Origin: an uncultured Gammaproteobacteria bacterium
GTDB taxonomy: Bacteria > Patescibacteriota > Microgenomatia > Daviesbacterales > UBA10151
NCBI GenBank assembly: GCA_964489875.1
Contig: CAZAZW010000001.1
Coordinates: 310,337 to 374,336 of the forward strand
DNA length: 64,000 nt
Reading direction: 5' to 3'
Numbering within the stretch: position 1 is the first letter of the stretch; each line of letters begins with the position of its first letter. The notes under the pieces are model-generated. The model worked only from the letters and a program-made list of their open reading frames with translations. It was not told the origin of the DNA and searched no databases. Shown here in pieces: positions 18,040 through 27,794 of this stretch. The position numbers were made by a program, and so were the translations under genes.

Positions 18040-18926
18040 AATTAGTTGATACTCATACCCATCTTTATTGGGATTCATATACGGCAGATTTTGATGAAAT
18101 AATCCAAAGGGCTGTTGATACCGACATCTCCACCATTATTAACATCGGCGTGGATATTGAAACAAGCCAGAAAGCATTAGATCAAGCCAAAAACACCACA
18201 TGGCCTACAGGTTTATTAGTTTACTCCACCATTGGCATACATCCCCATGAATCATCTAAATATGATTCTAATGAATTTCTGCAACAAGCTATGGAAAAAC
18301 TAGAACAAATCTATCTTTCCGATAAGCGAAGCTTGAAAGTCAACCTTTCAAGCAAACTTTCAAGGTTTCCTTATAAAACAAGGGTGGTCGGGATTGGTGA
18401 ATGCGGTCTGGATTTCTTTTCCACCTCCGAGGTGGGCTTTGACTCCTCGGAGGTATTTAGTCAGAAAAAACTCTTTAAAGCCCACATTGATTTGGCCAAA
18501 AAACTAAACCTTCCTTTAATCGTCCATTGCCGGGATGACAGGTCAAAAGATCCAAACAATTCTGAAGCCTGGGGTGAAGTAATAAAAATGGTCGGCAACC
18601 AACCTGCCATCTTACATTGTTATAGTGGACTTTCCCAAACTACCAACTACCTACTACGAACTGCAAACTTATTTGTTTCTTTTGCAGCCAATCTCACTTA
18701 CCCCAAAAATGAATATTTAAGAGAAGCTGTTAAGACCCTACCTCTTAACAGAATTCTTTTAGAAACAGACTCCCCTTTTTTGGCTCCCCAAAGTAAAAGA
18801 GGCCAAAGGAATGAACCATCTGCAGTCAAAGAAATCGCCGAGTTAATTGCAAACTTAAAAGGAGTATCTCTGGAAGAAGTCGCCGACCAAACCACAGCAA
18901 ACGCTAATAAAATATTTGCTTTCTGA
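18036..18926 (+). CDS. tatD: TatD-family metal-dependent hydrolase
   Basis: VDTHTHL, IGECGLDF, IVHCRD, LLETDSPFL. Confidence 0.85.
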   Translation: MKLVDTHTHLYWDSYTADFDEIIQRAVDTDISTIINIGVDIETSQKALDQAKNTTWPTGLLVYSTIGIHPHESSKYDSNEFLQQAMEKLEQIYLSDKRSLKVNLSSKLSRFPYKTRVVGIGECGLDFFSTSEVGFDSSEVFSQKKLFKAHIDLAKKLNLPLIVHCRDDRSKDPNNSEAWGEVIKMVGNQPAILHCYSGLSQTTNYLLRTANLFVSFAANLTYPKNEYLREAVKTLPLNRILLETDSPFLAPQSKRGQRNEPSAVKEIAELIANLKGVSLEEVADQTTANANKIFAF

Positions 18927-18957
18927 GGCTAAAAAAAGTACACTTAGGGGTACATCT

Positions 18958-20733
18958 ATGCGGATTTTACTGTTCTTTTTTATTGGCTTCCTGTCCTTTT
19001 TTTATTTTGCGGAAATTTTAAAGCGAATCACACACGGAGTCCGCTATAGTTTTATTGGCATAATTTTTGCTCTGGCAGGGCTTTTGGTTGGATTTCTTGG
19101 CCAAAGCTATTTAAACGGCGGCTTAAATGTTTTAGTAGCCTTTTTGCTGGTAGGTGCAGGTCTGGGACTCATTATTCATCACCTGCTATCTCAAAGATTT
19201 ATCTTTTTCGAAAAGACGGAGCAAGAATTTGTTTTAAAACACGAGAATGGATTTGAAAGGTTTCTGGAAATCCTGCCCGGCAGCTTAACTTGGCTGGCTT
19301 TAACCTCCCCTATTTGGCTTTCATTCACGCTGCCTTACGCCGTAGCTTACTTAATTTTGATCGCTGATGTCTATTGGCTGTTGACCGCTTTTCGGATTGC
19401 CATCTTAATCCTGATCGGCTACAAAAAAATGGAGTGGGCAAAGGGGCAGAATTGGCAAAAGCTCTTGCAAAAAGATTTTCCGGAAGAATCTAAAAAGTAT
19501 TATCAGCTGATATTGGTTCCCACTTATAAAGAAGCGCTGTATATCTTAAAACCCACTTTTGATGCGATCATAAATTGCACCTACCCCAAAAATAAAATTC
19601 TTATCGCAGTCGGGTTTGAAGAAAGGGATGACCCGCAAAAAATTCAAGAAACAAAAGACTATCTTAAAAAAATTGAGAAAAAAGTAGCTGGTGTATTTAT
19701 TACAGTCCACCCTTATGGACTTCCCGGTGAAGTAGCTGGCCAGGGATCAAATAAAAATTGGATGATCAACCATCTTGTACCAAAACTTAAAGAGAAAGAT
19801 ATCCAAATTGAGGATGTTTTCGTTACTACCCTGGATGCTGATTTCGTCATCCACCGGGAGTTTCTCTCCGGAGCACTGCACAAATACTTATCTTTACCCG
19901 CGCCGGAGCGGGATAAAAGAACCTTTACCGGAGTGTTTCTATATCATAATAACTATTGGCAAACACCCACCCCGATGCGGCTGATGGCCACCGGCACTTC
20001 CCTTTGGCAGCTAGCTGAAATGGTCGGCTCTGATAAATATATGAATTATTCTTCCATGTCTTTAAGCCTTAAAGCACTGCTCGATATCGGCCTTTGGATA
20101 CCGGATAAAGTTAACGACGATAATGGTTTTTATTGGAAAGCCTATTTCCACTTTAACGGAGACTATAAGGTCGTCCCTCACTTTCTTCCCCTTTCCGCTG
20201 ACGCCGTTCAAGACACCACCCTCTTAAAAACCTTTCAGAACCAATATTTACAAATTAAAAGATGGGCTTACGGAGTGGAACATATTCCTTTTATTGTCAA
20301 GCAATACTTCACCAAAGAGATTGATTTTTGGGACAAGACCGACAAAGTCTTGTTTAAAATTTGGGGAGATTTAAAATGGGGATTTTTGGCTATCTTTGTC
20401 ACTTTTGGCAGCCTCTTGATCCCTATTATCAATCCTGGTTTTAGATCATCCGTGCTATCAGTAAATTTACCAGTTGTCTCTTCATGGATATTAACGGTAA
20501 CCTTCTTCGGGCTTTTTGCCACCATATTTGTCCATGAGAAAACAGCTCCCAAAAGACCGGCGCACTGGTCTATCCTGACAAAAATCTGGTCATACATCCA
20601 ATGGCTTTTAATACCACTTATCCTAATTACTATCTCCTCGCTGCCGGCAATTGATGCCCAAACTTCTCTAATGTTCGGCAGGAAACTGGAATTTAGAGTA
20701 ACTAACAAGGCAAGATTACTCGAAAAAGCTTAA
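18958..20733 (+). CDS. Multi-pass membrane glycosyltransferase (GT2-like)
   Basis: N- and C-terminal TM bundles flank a cytoplasmic domain with LVPTYKE...TLDADFVIHREF (DxD). Start set at the first ATG (MRILLFFF). Confidence 0.55.
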   Translation: MRILLFFFIGFLSFFYFAEILKRITHGVRYSFIGIIFALAGLLVGFLGQSYLNGGLNVLVAFLLVGAGLGLIIHHLLSQRFIFFEKTEQEFVLKHENGFERFLEILPGSLTWLALTSPIWLSFTLPYAVAYLILIADVYWLLTAFRIAILILIGYKKMEWAKGQNWQKLLQKDFPEESKKYYQLILVPTYKEALYILKPTFDAIINCTYPKNKILIAVGFEERDDPQKIQETKDYLKKIEKKVAGVFITVHPYGLPGEVAGQGSNKNWMINHLVPKLKEKDIQIEDVFVTTLDADFVIHREFLSGALHKYLSLPAPERDKRTFTGVFLYHNNYWQTPTPMRLMATGTSLWQLAEMVGSDKYMNYSSMSLSLKALLDIGLWIPDKVNDDNGFYWKAYFHFNGDYKVVPHFLPLSADAVQDTTLLKTFQNQYLQIKRWAYGVEHIPFIVKQYFTKEIDFWDKTDKVLFKIWGDLKWGFLAIFVTFGSLLIPIINPGFRSSVLSVNLPVVSSWILTVTFFGLFATIFVHEKTAPKRPAHWSILTKIWSYIQWLLIPLILITISSLPAIDAQTSLMFGRKLEFRVTNKARLLEKA

Positions 20734-20739
20734 AAAATT

Positions 20740-21069
20740 ATGTCTAATAAATTACATCTTTGGATTGGACTAACCATATTAATTTTAAGTTTGAGTATTG
20801 CCGCAGTTATCATTACCACCTTTAGATTCTTACCTCCCCGTCTGCCGCTGTTTTATTCTCTACCCTGGGGTGAGGCGCAACTGGCAACCCATCAACAGTT
20901 TTTAGTAATCCCAGCCAGCATCAGCGTAGTTGCCCTGCTTAATCTCTTGATTGCCTGGCAACTACATCCCTCTCAATCATTTTTCAAAAAGGCACTCCTT
21001 ATATCATCGGTTGCGGTCAGCTTAATATTGACTGTAGCCTTTATTAAAGTAATTCTAAATTTTGTCTAA
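20740..21069 (+). CDS. Small integral membrane protein
   Basis: Three or four hydrophobic helices, in an operon between two glycosyltransferase genes. Confidence 0.4.
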   Translation: MSNKLHLWIGLTILILSLSIAAVIITTFRFLPPRLPLFYSLPWGEAQLATHQQFLVIPASISVVALLNLLIAWQLHPSQSFFKKALLISSVAVSLILTVAFIKVILNFV

Positions 21070-21071
21070 AT

Positions 21072-22130
21072 ATGGACTTAAGCCTACCCATTATTGTCTC
21101 GTTTCTCGCTACAGTCTGCTCTTTCCCTCTTACTATCAAACTGGCAAAAAAATTTAAATTACTGGATAACCCTGAGACCAGACCCCATCCTGCGCATACA
21201 CAAGAGCGGATTGTCCCTCGAGCAGGAGGGTTGCCGGTATTTATCGGCATTACCATTTCAATACTGATCTTTACGCCTTTCAAAAGCTATACCGTGGGAA
21301 TTTTGGCAGGGCTTTTTATCTTACTGCTGGTAGGTCTTCTTGATGATAGACACCAAAAACTTTCGCCATACCTTAGATTACTCGCTCAATTCATTGCAGC
21401 CGCAGTTGCAATAGGCAGCGGTATCGGTATTGACTTTATCACTAACCCCTTTGGAGGAATTATCCATCTTGATGCTACCCCCCAAATTGCTCTGTTAGCC
21501 GATGTCTTAGCCGTGATTTGGATTGTTTGGGTAATGAACATGATCAATTGGTCAAAAGGGGTAGACGGCCAAATGCCAGGGATTATCACAGTCTCGGCCC
21601 TAATCTTGGGGTTATTATCTTTGAAACTTAACCTCTCTTCCGATCCGGCACAAACAAATTTAGCCAAACTTTCATTTATTACTGCCGCTTCCGCTTTTGG
21701 ACTGCTTATTTTTAATTGGCATCCGGCCAAAATTTTTCCGGGATTTTCCGGCTCCACAATTTTAGGATTTATGATTGCAATTTTGGCAATTTTATCCGGA
21801 GGAAAATTGGCTACTGCCGGACTGGTACTTTTAATCCCAGCCACTGATTTTGCTTACACATTCCTTCGAAGGATTTTACAAGGTAAATCACCTGTCTGGG
21901 GAGACAGAGGACATCTGCATCATAAATTACTGGAAAAAGGATTTTCTCATGAGCAGATAGCCTTGTTTTACATTTTAGGAAGTGTTATCCTGGGGGCAGC
22001 AGCCTTAAATTTGTCCAGTTCCGGCAAATTATTCGCAGCATTGCTCGTCGGTTTAAGTTTATTAGGGGGTATTTTATGGTTAAACTTTTTTGGGGATTAT
22101 TCAAAACAGCCCGCCCCAGACAATGGATAA
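21072..22130 (+). CDS. Polyprenyl-phosphate sugar-1-phosphate transferase (MraY/WecA GT4 family)
   Basis: LLDDRHQKLSPYLRLLAQF, NMINWSKGVDGQMPG, and a multi-TM topology. Confidence 0.8.
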   Translation: MDLSLPIIVSFLATVCSFPLTIKLAKKFKLLDNPETRPHPAHTQERIVPRAGGLPVFIGITISILIFTPFKSYTVGILAGLFILLLVGLLDDRHQKLSPYLRLLAQFIAAAVAIGSGIGIDFITNPFGGIIHLDATPQIALLADVLAVIWIVWVMNMINWSKGVDGQMPGIITVSALILGLLSLKLNLSSDPAQTNLAKLSFITAASAFGLLIFNWHPAKIFPGFSGSTILGFMIAILAILSGGKLATAGLVLLIPATDFAYTFLRRILQGKSPVWGDRGHLHHKLLEKGFSHEQIALFYILGSVILGAAALNLSSSGKLFAALLVGLSLLGGILWLNFFGDYSKQPAPDNG

Positions 22131-23008
22131 AAAACTTCGCGGTTTTTGCTGCCCTAATTTTCTCCGGGACGCTTTTTGATCCTACAAATCAATTCAAATC
22201 CTTGGCGGCTTTCTTCCTTTTTTGCATCTTTTCATCCGCCACTTACTTTTTAAATGACGTCTTTGATATTGAAAGAGATCAACTTCACCCATTTAAGAAA
22301 AAACGGCCAATTGCCTCAGGGCTTATTCCTGTACCTTTAGCAGTAACCACAGCTCTCATCTTAATCATCGTCTCTCTGCCGCTATCTTACGCACTATCTC
22401 CAGCCTTTTTCTTCGCCGCGCTAGCTTATTTAATTCTACAACTTTTTTACTCAAGCTATCTTAAGCAAGTTATCTTAGTTGATGTTTTGGTAATTGCCGC
22501 CGGTTTTGTGCTCCGGGTTTATGCGGGCGTTTGGGCCATAGATGCTCACTTAAATGTCTGGTTCCTTTTGTCTATCACCAGTTTTGCCCTGTTTTTAGCA
22601 GTAGGAAAAAGGCGATCCGAGCGAACGTTAATGACTTCCCAGGCTTCTCGCCACCGGGAAACCCTGCTCCACTATCCGGAAAGTTTATTAGACAGTCTCA
22701 CTACTATGTTTGCTAATTCTGCCTGGTTAACTTATGCTTTCTTCGCCTTTTTGCAACCACCCATTCAAGCGCGGCGGGTAGTTTCAAATTTATTGGGAGG
22801 GTTTGAGTTACCTTTTGCCGAAGCTAAGTATCTCATGGCCACAGTACCGCTAGTACTTTACGCCGTCATGAGGTATCTCTATATTATTTATGAGAAAAAA
22901 GAGGGTGAATCCCCGGAACGGGTTATCTTAACCGACACTCCACTGCTTATCGCTGTTTTAACATGGGGAGTCTTAGTGCTAGGAATTATCTATTTTCTGG
23001 GAGTATAG
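22076..23008 (+). CDS. UbiA-family prenyl-phosphate phosphoribosyltransferase (decaprenyl-phosphate PRPP transferase-like)
   Basis: ARPRQWIKNFAVFAALIF, YFLNDVFDIERDQLHPFKKKRPIASG (NDxxDxxxD), 8-9 TM segments. Confidence 0.7.
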   Translation: MVKLFWGLFKTARPRQWIKNFAVFAALIFSGTLFDPTNQFKSLAAFFLFCIFSSATYFLNDVFDIERDQLHPFKKKRPIASGLIPVPLAVTTALILIIVSLPLSYALSPAFFFAALAYLILQLFYSSYLKQVILVDVLVIAAGFVLRVYAGVWAIDAHLNVWFLLSITSFALFLAVGKRRSERTLMTSQASRHRETLLHYPESLLDSLTTMFANSAWLTYAFFAFLQPPIQARRVVSNLLGGFELPFAEAKYLMATVPLVLYAVMRYLYIIYEKKEGESPERVILTDTPLLIAVLTWGVLVLGIIYFLGV

Positions 23009-23020
23009 CGACTAAAGATA

Positions 23021-23680
23021 ATGGAGCAGCAGATTTACGAGAAATTAAATAAATTTTTCTCGGGATTTAAAAAATTATCGTTTAAAAAAGGTCAGCTCAT
23101 CCTACGGGCAGGTGATAAACCTCCTGGTATTTTCTATTTAAAAAAAGGTTACACCAGACTTTACTCACTTTCTAAAGATGCCCAAGAGCTGACTTTGATT
23201 ATCTTCAAAGCGGGGAACATCTTCCCGTTAATGTGGACCATGAATGATGCCCCGAATACGTACTACCTGGAGGCCATCACCGCTGTTGAACTCCACCAGG
23301 CGCCGAAAGAGGAATTTTTAAAGTTTATCAAAAACGATAATGAGGTGTTATTTGAGCTAACCCGCCGCATTCTCATGCGTTTTGGGGGAGTCTTAAACCG
23401 AATGGAATATGCAATATTCGGCCATGCCCGCAGCAAAGTCGCCTCCATAATTTTAATTTGCGCTGAGAGATTCGGCATTAAGGATAAACAGGGTATCATT
23501 ATCCAGGTACCTCTAACTCATCAGGACATTGCCAATCTGATTGGAGTAGCCAGGGAAACTGTCAGTATTGAAATGGAAAAACTGCAGAAAAAGGGTTTCA
23601 TTAACCACCAAGGTAAATACTTGATAATAAAAAATATTCAAAAACTTAAAGAAGAGTGTGCCCTTGAATCAATTACCTAA
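23021..23680 (+). CDS. Crp/Fnr-family transcriptional regulator
   Basis: cNMP-binding-like N-terminal domain, and C-terminal HTH THQDIANLIGVARETVSIEMEKLQKKG. Confidence 0.8.
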   Translation: MEQQIYEKLNKFFSGFKKLSFKKGQLILRAGDKPPGIFYLKKGYTRLYSLSKDAQELTLIIFKAGNIFPLMWTMNDAPNTYYLEAITAVELHQAPKEEFLKFIKNDNEVLFELTRRILMRFGGVLNRMEYAIFGHARSKVASIILICAERFGIKDKQGIIIQVPLTHQDIANLIGVARETVSIEMEKLQKKGFINHQGKYLIIKNIQKLKEECALESIT

Positions 23681-24483
23681 GGATTTTTCTTTTCCACGTA
23701 GGTAGAAGAAACATAACCTTCTCTTCCATCAGATAAACGTATCCTGTCCCAAGATCCTAACTCTTCTAAAAGTATTAGTGTCTCCCCGGGTTTCACCTGG
23801 GCAATCTCTTTCCCATTCAAATTTGGTTTATCCCGGACTCTTAAAAAACCTGTGGGGGTTTGTTTGACTACAATCTCCGGTGTTTGAGTAATAACAGGGG
23901 TGGGGGTAGTCGTGGTTAAATCTGCTTCAGACAAGCTTAAATCTACCGAAACTGTCAAATTAAAATTTTCCGGAAAATAAGCCTTAATACTTCTTTTTAA
24001 ATAATTCTGCTGGCTAACTAATAAGGTGTATTCACCGCTATCAATATCCAGAGTAATTGGAGTATTGCCGTAAGATTTCCCTTCTATTTCCACTAAAGCT
24101 CCGCTCGGATTAGAAACAATAGTTAACCCCTTCCCTCTATTTAAAGTTAAAGTTTCCCCGGCAGAAGAAGCAGAATCAAAACTTAAATCCCTATTCACCA
24201 CCGTGACAGTTCCAGCCGAGAGCCTAACTCTCCCCTCCCAGAAAGCCTTCTCTTTTTCTAGTTTAATACTGTGATCGCCTACTTCTAAACCTTTCTCTTC
24301 ATAAGGCGTTTTACCAACCTCTTGACCATCCAAAAAGACTGTCGCCCCGGTGGGTTCAGATAAAACAGAAATACCGCTTGTTTGTTTAATACCGAGAAAA
24401 AATTCCGCTAATCTGTCACTGAAACGAAACACTAACGCTACCAAACTAATAAACACCAGCAGCCAAATAATTATTTTTTTCAT
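23677..24483 (-). CDS. Signal-anchored PEGA-domain + SH3b-domain protein
   Basis: LSEPTGATVFLDGQEVGKTPY and VSNPSGALVEIEGKSYGNTPI (PEGA). C-terminal LRVRDKPNLNGKEIAQVKPGETL...GYVSSTYV (SH3b). Confidence 0.65.
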   Translation of the reverse strand: MKKIIIWLLVFISLVALVFRFSDRLAEFFLGIKQTSGISVLSEPTGATVFLDGQEVGKTPYEEKGLEVGDHSIKLEKEKAFWEGRVRLSAGTVTVVNRDLSFDSASSAGETLTLNRGKGLTIVSNPSGALVEIEGKSYGNTPITLDIDSGEYTLLVSQQNYLKRSIKAYFPENFNLTVSVDLSLSEADLTTTTPTPVITQTPEIVVKQTPTGFLRVRDKPNLNGKEIAQVKPGETLILLEELGSWDRIRLSDGREGYVSSTYVEKKNP

Positions 24484-24506
24484 TATTTAATTATACCTTA
24501 AAATCT

Positions 24507-24535
24507 TTGACATTAATCCTAAAATTTGCTATCAT
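24507..24535 (+). promoter_or_regulatory. Sigma-70-type promoter TTGACA-17-TATCAT
   Basis: ttgaca at 24507-24512 and tatcat at 24530-24535. The ORF-track start codon is actually the -35 hexamer. Confidence 0.55.
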
Positions 24536-24572
24536 ACGCACTCACCCTGCACCGAACGGTACAGGGTTTGTT

Positions 24573-25232
24573 TTGAAAAGTCAAAACAAAAACCTTCTGT
24601 CTAAGATAATTTCTGAAAGGGACGCCCTAAACAGCAAATTATCTAAAATCAAGCCAAGGTTCTTAAATAAGTTTACAAAGCTTGCCATAATATTATTTTT
24701 TTCTCTCACTTTACTCGGATACTATCCAGCTTTTTCTATCCCGCCTATAAAACACTCTGTGGTGAAAGCTGCCTCAGACGAACAAAAAGGAGAAATTATT
24801 GCAAATAACTTTTCTAAACCTCTTATTCTACCGCATCCCGGATACCTGTCAACCAGATTTTCTACTTGGCATCCTGGTTTGGATATTGCCACTGGTTTGG
24901 GAATGCCTATTCATCCTATTATTGACGGGGAAATCCTCCAAGTCGGCAGAGATTTTTGGGGTCTAGGGAACTTTGTGGAAGTTGGTCACGAAAACGGTTT
25001 TAAATCAAAATATGCCCACATGGGCAAAATTTTCGTTAAAGTGGGAGATAAAGTCACGGAGGAGAGCACCTTAGGTGAAGTTGGCTTAACCGGCCGCACT
25101 TCCGGCTCGCACACCCACCTGGAAGTAACCTTAAATGGAAATTATGTAAATCCGCAACCTTTGCTTCCGGAAATTCCTGACATGCCCGCTTCGACTCTGC
25201 GAGGCGAGCCAATAATCGCAGTCAAGAAATGA
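24573..25232 (+). CDS. M23-family peptidoglycan endopeptidase
   Basis: HPGLDIA (HxxxD), GRTSGSHTHLEV (HxH), TM anchor. No in-frame ATG, so the start is placed at TTG 24573 downstream of the promoter (uncertain). Confidence 0.75.
   Translation: MKSQNKNLLSKIISERDALNSKLSKIKPRFLNKFTKLAIILFFSLTLLGYYPAFSIPPIKHSVVKAASDEQKGEIIANNFSKPLILPHPGYLSTRFSTWHPGLDIATGLGMPIHPIIDGEILQVGRDFWGLGNFVEVGHENGFKSKYAHMGKIFVKVGDKVTEESTLGEVGLTGRTSGSHTHLEVTLNGNYVNPQPLLPEIPDMPASTLRGEPIIAVKK
25185..25210. repeat. GC-rich mini-element CCCGCTTCG-N7-GAGGCGAGCC at the 3' end of the M23 gene
   Basis: Read directly. Translated as PASTLRGEP. Confidence 0.75.
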
Positions 25233-25818
25233 TCTCACCTTCTACTTCTGTCAGGGTCGCCCCCCGCAGTCCAAATTGTTCTCTTTCTCTGTTAATCAGT
25301 CTCTCCAGCAAATTTTTAAGCTCCAGAGGATAGTCTACAAACTGTAGCACTATCTCTCCTTTACTGACACCGGCGGTGTTAACAACAATAGTACCATGAT
25401 GTAGTAACAATCTATCTATCATTGACTGATCCACTACTAGGTTCGTAATTTTGTCATAAAGCGCTGCAGTTAATCTAACGGACAGCAACCCCTTTTTAAT
25501 AATAATTCTTCTGGTAGTTAGTAAATACCGATTGGCATGATAGGTGTGCATAGTTTTAACAGTTGCAGATAAAAACATGCCTCCTATCCCTAAAACCAAA
25601 GCCCAGATTTTACCTAAACCCAAAACCCATCCCAACCCTAGGCCTAATCCTAAAAAAAGCATACCGGGAAAAAGAAGGTAAAGTATGAACTTAGACCTAA
25701 TGTAAGCTTGAGATAAACCGGTGACTAAAACTAACTCTTCATCCTCTGAAAGATATTTTTTGAAAGTATTTTTTTGCTTCTGGGTAGGAGATTCACGGTA
25801 ATGAAACTTGGCCATCAA
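25222..25818 (-). CDS. Membrane protein with bacterial PH (bPH_2/YdbT-like) domain
   Basis: Two TM helices, then YLLTTRRIIIKKGLLSVRLTAALYDKITNLVVDQSMIDRLL. Confidence 0.55.
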   Translation of the reverse strand: MMAKFHYRESPTQKQKNTFKKYLSEDEELVLVTGLSQAYIRSKFILYLLFPGMLFLGLGLGLGWVLGLGKIWALVLGIGGMFLSATVKTMHTYHANRYLLTTRRIIIKKGLLSVRLTAALYDKITNLVVDQSMIDRLLLHHGTIVVNTAGVSKGEIVLQFVDYPLELKNLLERLINREREQFGLRGATLTEVEGEIIS

Positions 25819-25845
25819 GTAGATTGTACCAGAATCAGTCTAAAA

Positions 25846-27462
25846 CTAATATTCAGGCATGCCGCCGGGGGGCATTTGAGGAGCTTTTTCCGGTTCTGGT
25901 TTGTCTGTAATTAAACAATTCGTAGTCATCACCATCACTGCCACTGAGGCTGCATTCTGCAGCGCAGATCTTGCTACCTTGACCGGATCAATAATACCAA
26001 CTTTAACTAAGTCTTTAACTTCGCCGTCTAGTACATCAACTCCCATATTTCCGGAACTGGCCATCACCTTAGAAAGGGCAATTCCATCATCCATGCCGGC
26101 ATTTTTGACTAATATCCTAAAGGGTTGTTCCAGGGCTTTTTTAACTATTTCTACCCCGACCGCTTCCTCGCCGAAAGCTGTAACATTATCCAAAGCTTTG
26201 GCAGCCCTAAGGAGTGCCACCTCTCCGCCTGCCACAATTCCCTCTTCTATGGCAGCTTTGGTGGCAGCCACCGCATCAATCACTCTTTCTTTTTTCTCTT
26301 TCAGTTCTACCTCTGTGGCAGCTCCCACATTAATCACCGCTACCCCGCCGGTAAGTTTTGCTAATCTTTCCTGCAATTTTTCTTTATCAAATTCGCTGTC
26401 AGATGAGGCCAGCTCTCTTTTAATTTGAGAGATTCTGGCTTCAATTTTACCCTTTGCGCCTTTGCCGTCTACAATCAGGGTATTATCTTTATCGGAAGTC
26501 ACCCTACCGGCTCTACCCAACTCATCCATCTCGACTGACTCGAACTTTCTGCCGGTATCTTCAGACAAAACTGCTCCGCCGGTCAAAATAGCAATGTCTT
26601 CCAACATCTCCTTGCGGCGGTCACCAAATCCCGGAGCTTTCACAGCCAACACATTGAATGTCCCTCGTAGTTTATTGACCACCAAAAGAGCCAGCGCTTC
26701 TCCTTCCACCCCGTCGGCAATAATTACCAGGTTTTTGCTGACAGCCACAAATTTCTCGAGGAATGGCACTAAATCCGCCGCGGAAGAAATTTTCTTGTCG
26801 GTAATTAAAACATAGGCATCTTCAATTGAAGCTTCCATTTTATCAGTATCAGTCACAAAATATGGGGACACAAACCCTTTATCAAACTCCATCCCTTCTT
26901 TATAATCCACACTCATCTCTAAAGTTTTACCTTCTTCCACCGTGACCACTCCGTCTTTGCCAACTTTTTGCAAACTTTCCGCAATCAGGTTGCCTATTTG
27001 CTGGTCAGCTGCAGAGATGGTCGCGACTTGAGCCACTTCTTCCTGTGAGACAATTTTCTTGCTCATTTTCTTGAGTTCTTCCACTAAAATAACCACTGCT
27101 TTTTCAATGCCGTGTTTTAAGATCATCGGATTGCTGCCGGCCTGAATATTTTTTAAGCCTTCAGTTACAATGGCTTTGGCCAAAATTGTGGCAGTGGTGG
27201 TGCCGTCTCCGGCCACATCGGCAGTTTTAGAAGCAGCTTCTTTCAGAAGCTGGGCTCCCATATTTTCAAACGGGTCTTCCAAATCTATTTCTTTGGCTAC
27301 AGTCACGCCGTCATGGACCACATTTGGCGCCCCCCATTTTTTATCCAAAGCTACGTTTCGGCCTTTGGGCCCCAGAGTGGTTGCCACAGCCTCTGTCAGG
27401 GTATTAATACCCTTGAGTAACTTCTCTCTTGCTTCAGAATCAAATTTCAATATTTTTGCCAT
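25846..27462 (-). CDS. groL: Chaperonin GroEL
   Basis: [11 protein letters not shown]..., [19 protein letters not shown]-terminal GGMPEY. Confidence 0.95.
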   Translation of the reverse strand: MAKILKFDSEAREKLLKGINTLTEAVATTLGPKGRNVALDKKWGAPNVVHDGVTVAKEIDLEDPFENMGAQLLKEAASKTADVAGDGTTTATILAKAIVTEGLKNIQAGSNPMILKHGIEKAVVILVEELKKMSKKIVSQEEVAQVATISAADQQIGNLIAESLQKVGKDGVVTVEEGKTLEMSVDYKEGMEFDKGFVSPYFVTDTDKMEASIEDAYVLITDKKISSAADLVPFLEKFVAVSKNLVIIADGVEGEALALLVVNKLRGTFNVLAVKAPGFGDRRKEMLEDIAILTGGAVLSEDTGRKFESVEMDELGRAGRVTSDKDNTLIVDGKGAKGKIEARISQIKRELASSDSEFDKEKLQERLAKLTGGVAVINVGAATEVELKEKKERVIDAVAATKAAIEEGIVAGGEVALLRAAKALDNVTAFGEEAVGVEIVKKALEQPFRILVKNAGMDDGIALSKVMASSGNMGVDVLDGEVKDLVKVGIIDPVKVARSALQNAASVAVMVMTTNCLITDKPEPEKAPQMPPGGMPEY

Positions 27463-27464
27463 AT

Positions 27465-27764
27465 TTATTGCCCTACATTTTCTGCTATAAGAGTTGCTTC
27501 ATCTTTTATTACTATTCCAGCCATCAACCTTGAATAAGGACCAACTGCATCAGGTGGTAACACTCCAGCCCCTATAGAGAAACCTAGTTGAAAAATTTCC
27601 AGTTCCTTCAGCCTATTAGTTGGAGACTCGAGCATATCAGCTGTGTAACAAGCACCAGCTGTAGCTTTAATATCGTCTTTTACTCTCTTTACTCTAACAT
27701 CAATTTGGGAGACAACGTCTAGGGCTTGTCTTATTGTTAATTTACTTTCTATTTTTCTTTCCAT
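27465..27764 (-). CDS. Unknown 99-aa protein encoded between groES and groEL
   Basis: Same strand as groESL. The ORF fills the 332-nt spacer, with a 30-nt gap to groES and a 2-nt gap to groEL. No motif recognised. Confidence 0.5.
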   Translation of the reverse strand: MERKIESKLTIRQALDVVSQIDVRVKRVKDDIKATAGACYTADMLESPTNRLKELEIFQLGFSIGAGVLPPDAVGPYSRLMAGIVIKDEATLIAENVGQ

Positions 27765-27794
27765 ATTTTTAAGAGCGTAGCTAGCAAGCTTTGC

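Noticed and set aside
20268-21844. Minus-strand ORFs (146, 79 and 152 aa) antisense to the GT2 and GT4 genes.
   Set aside because: They are antisense to multi-TM proteins with clear family motifs, so they are shadow ORFs.
25613-25654. A telomere-like or period-7 pattern cctaaac ccaaaac ccatccc aacccta ggcctaa tcctaaa.
   Set aside because: The periodicity is poor, and it encodes a Gly-Leu zipper TM helix (GLGLGLGWVLGLGK) that explains the pattern. It was not counted among the heptamer arrays.
25901-27490. Several plus-strand ORFs (175, 79, 117 and 106 aa) antisense to groEL.
   Set aside because: They are shadow ORFs of the highly expressed, codon-biased groEL and have no motifs.
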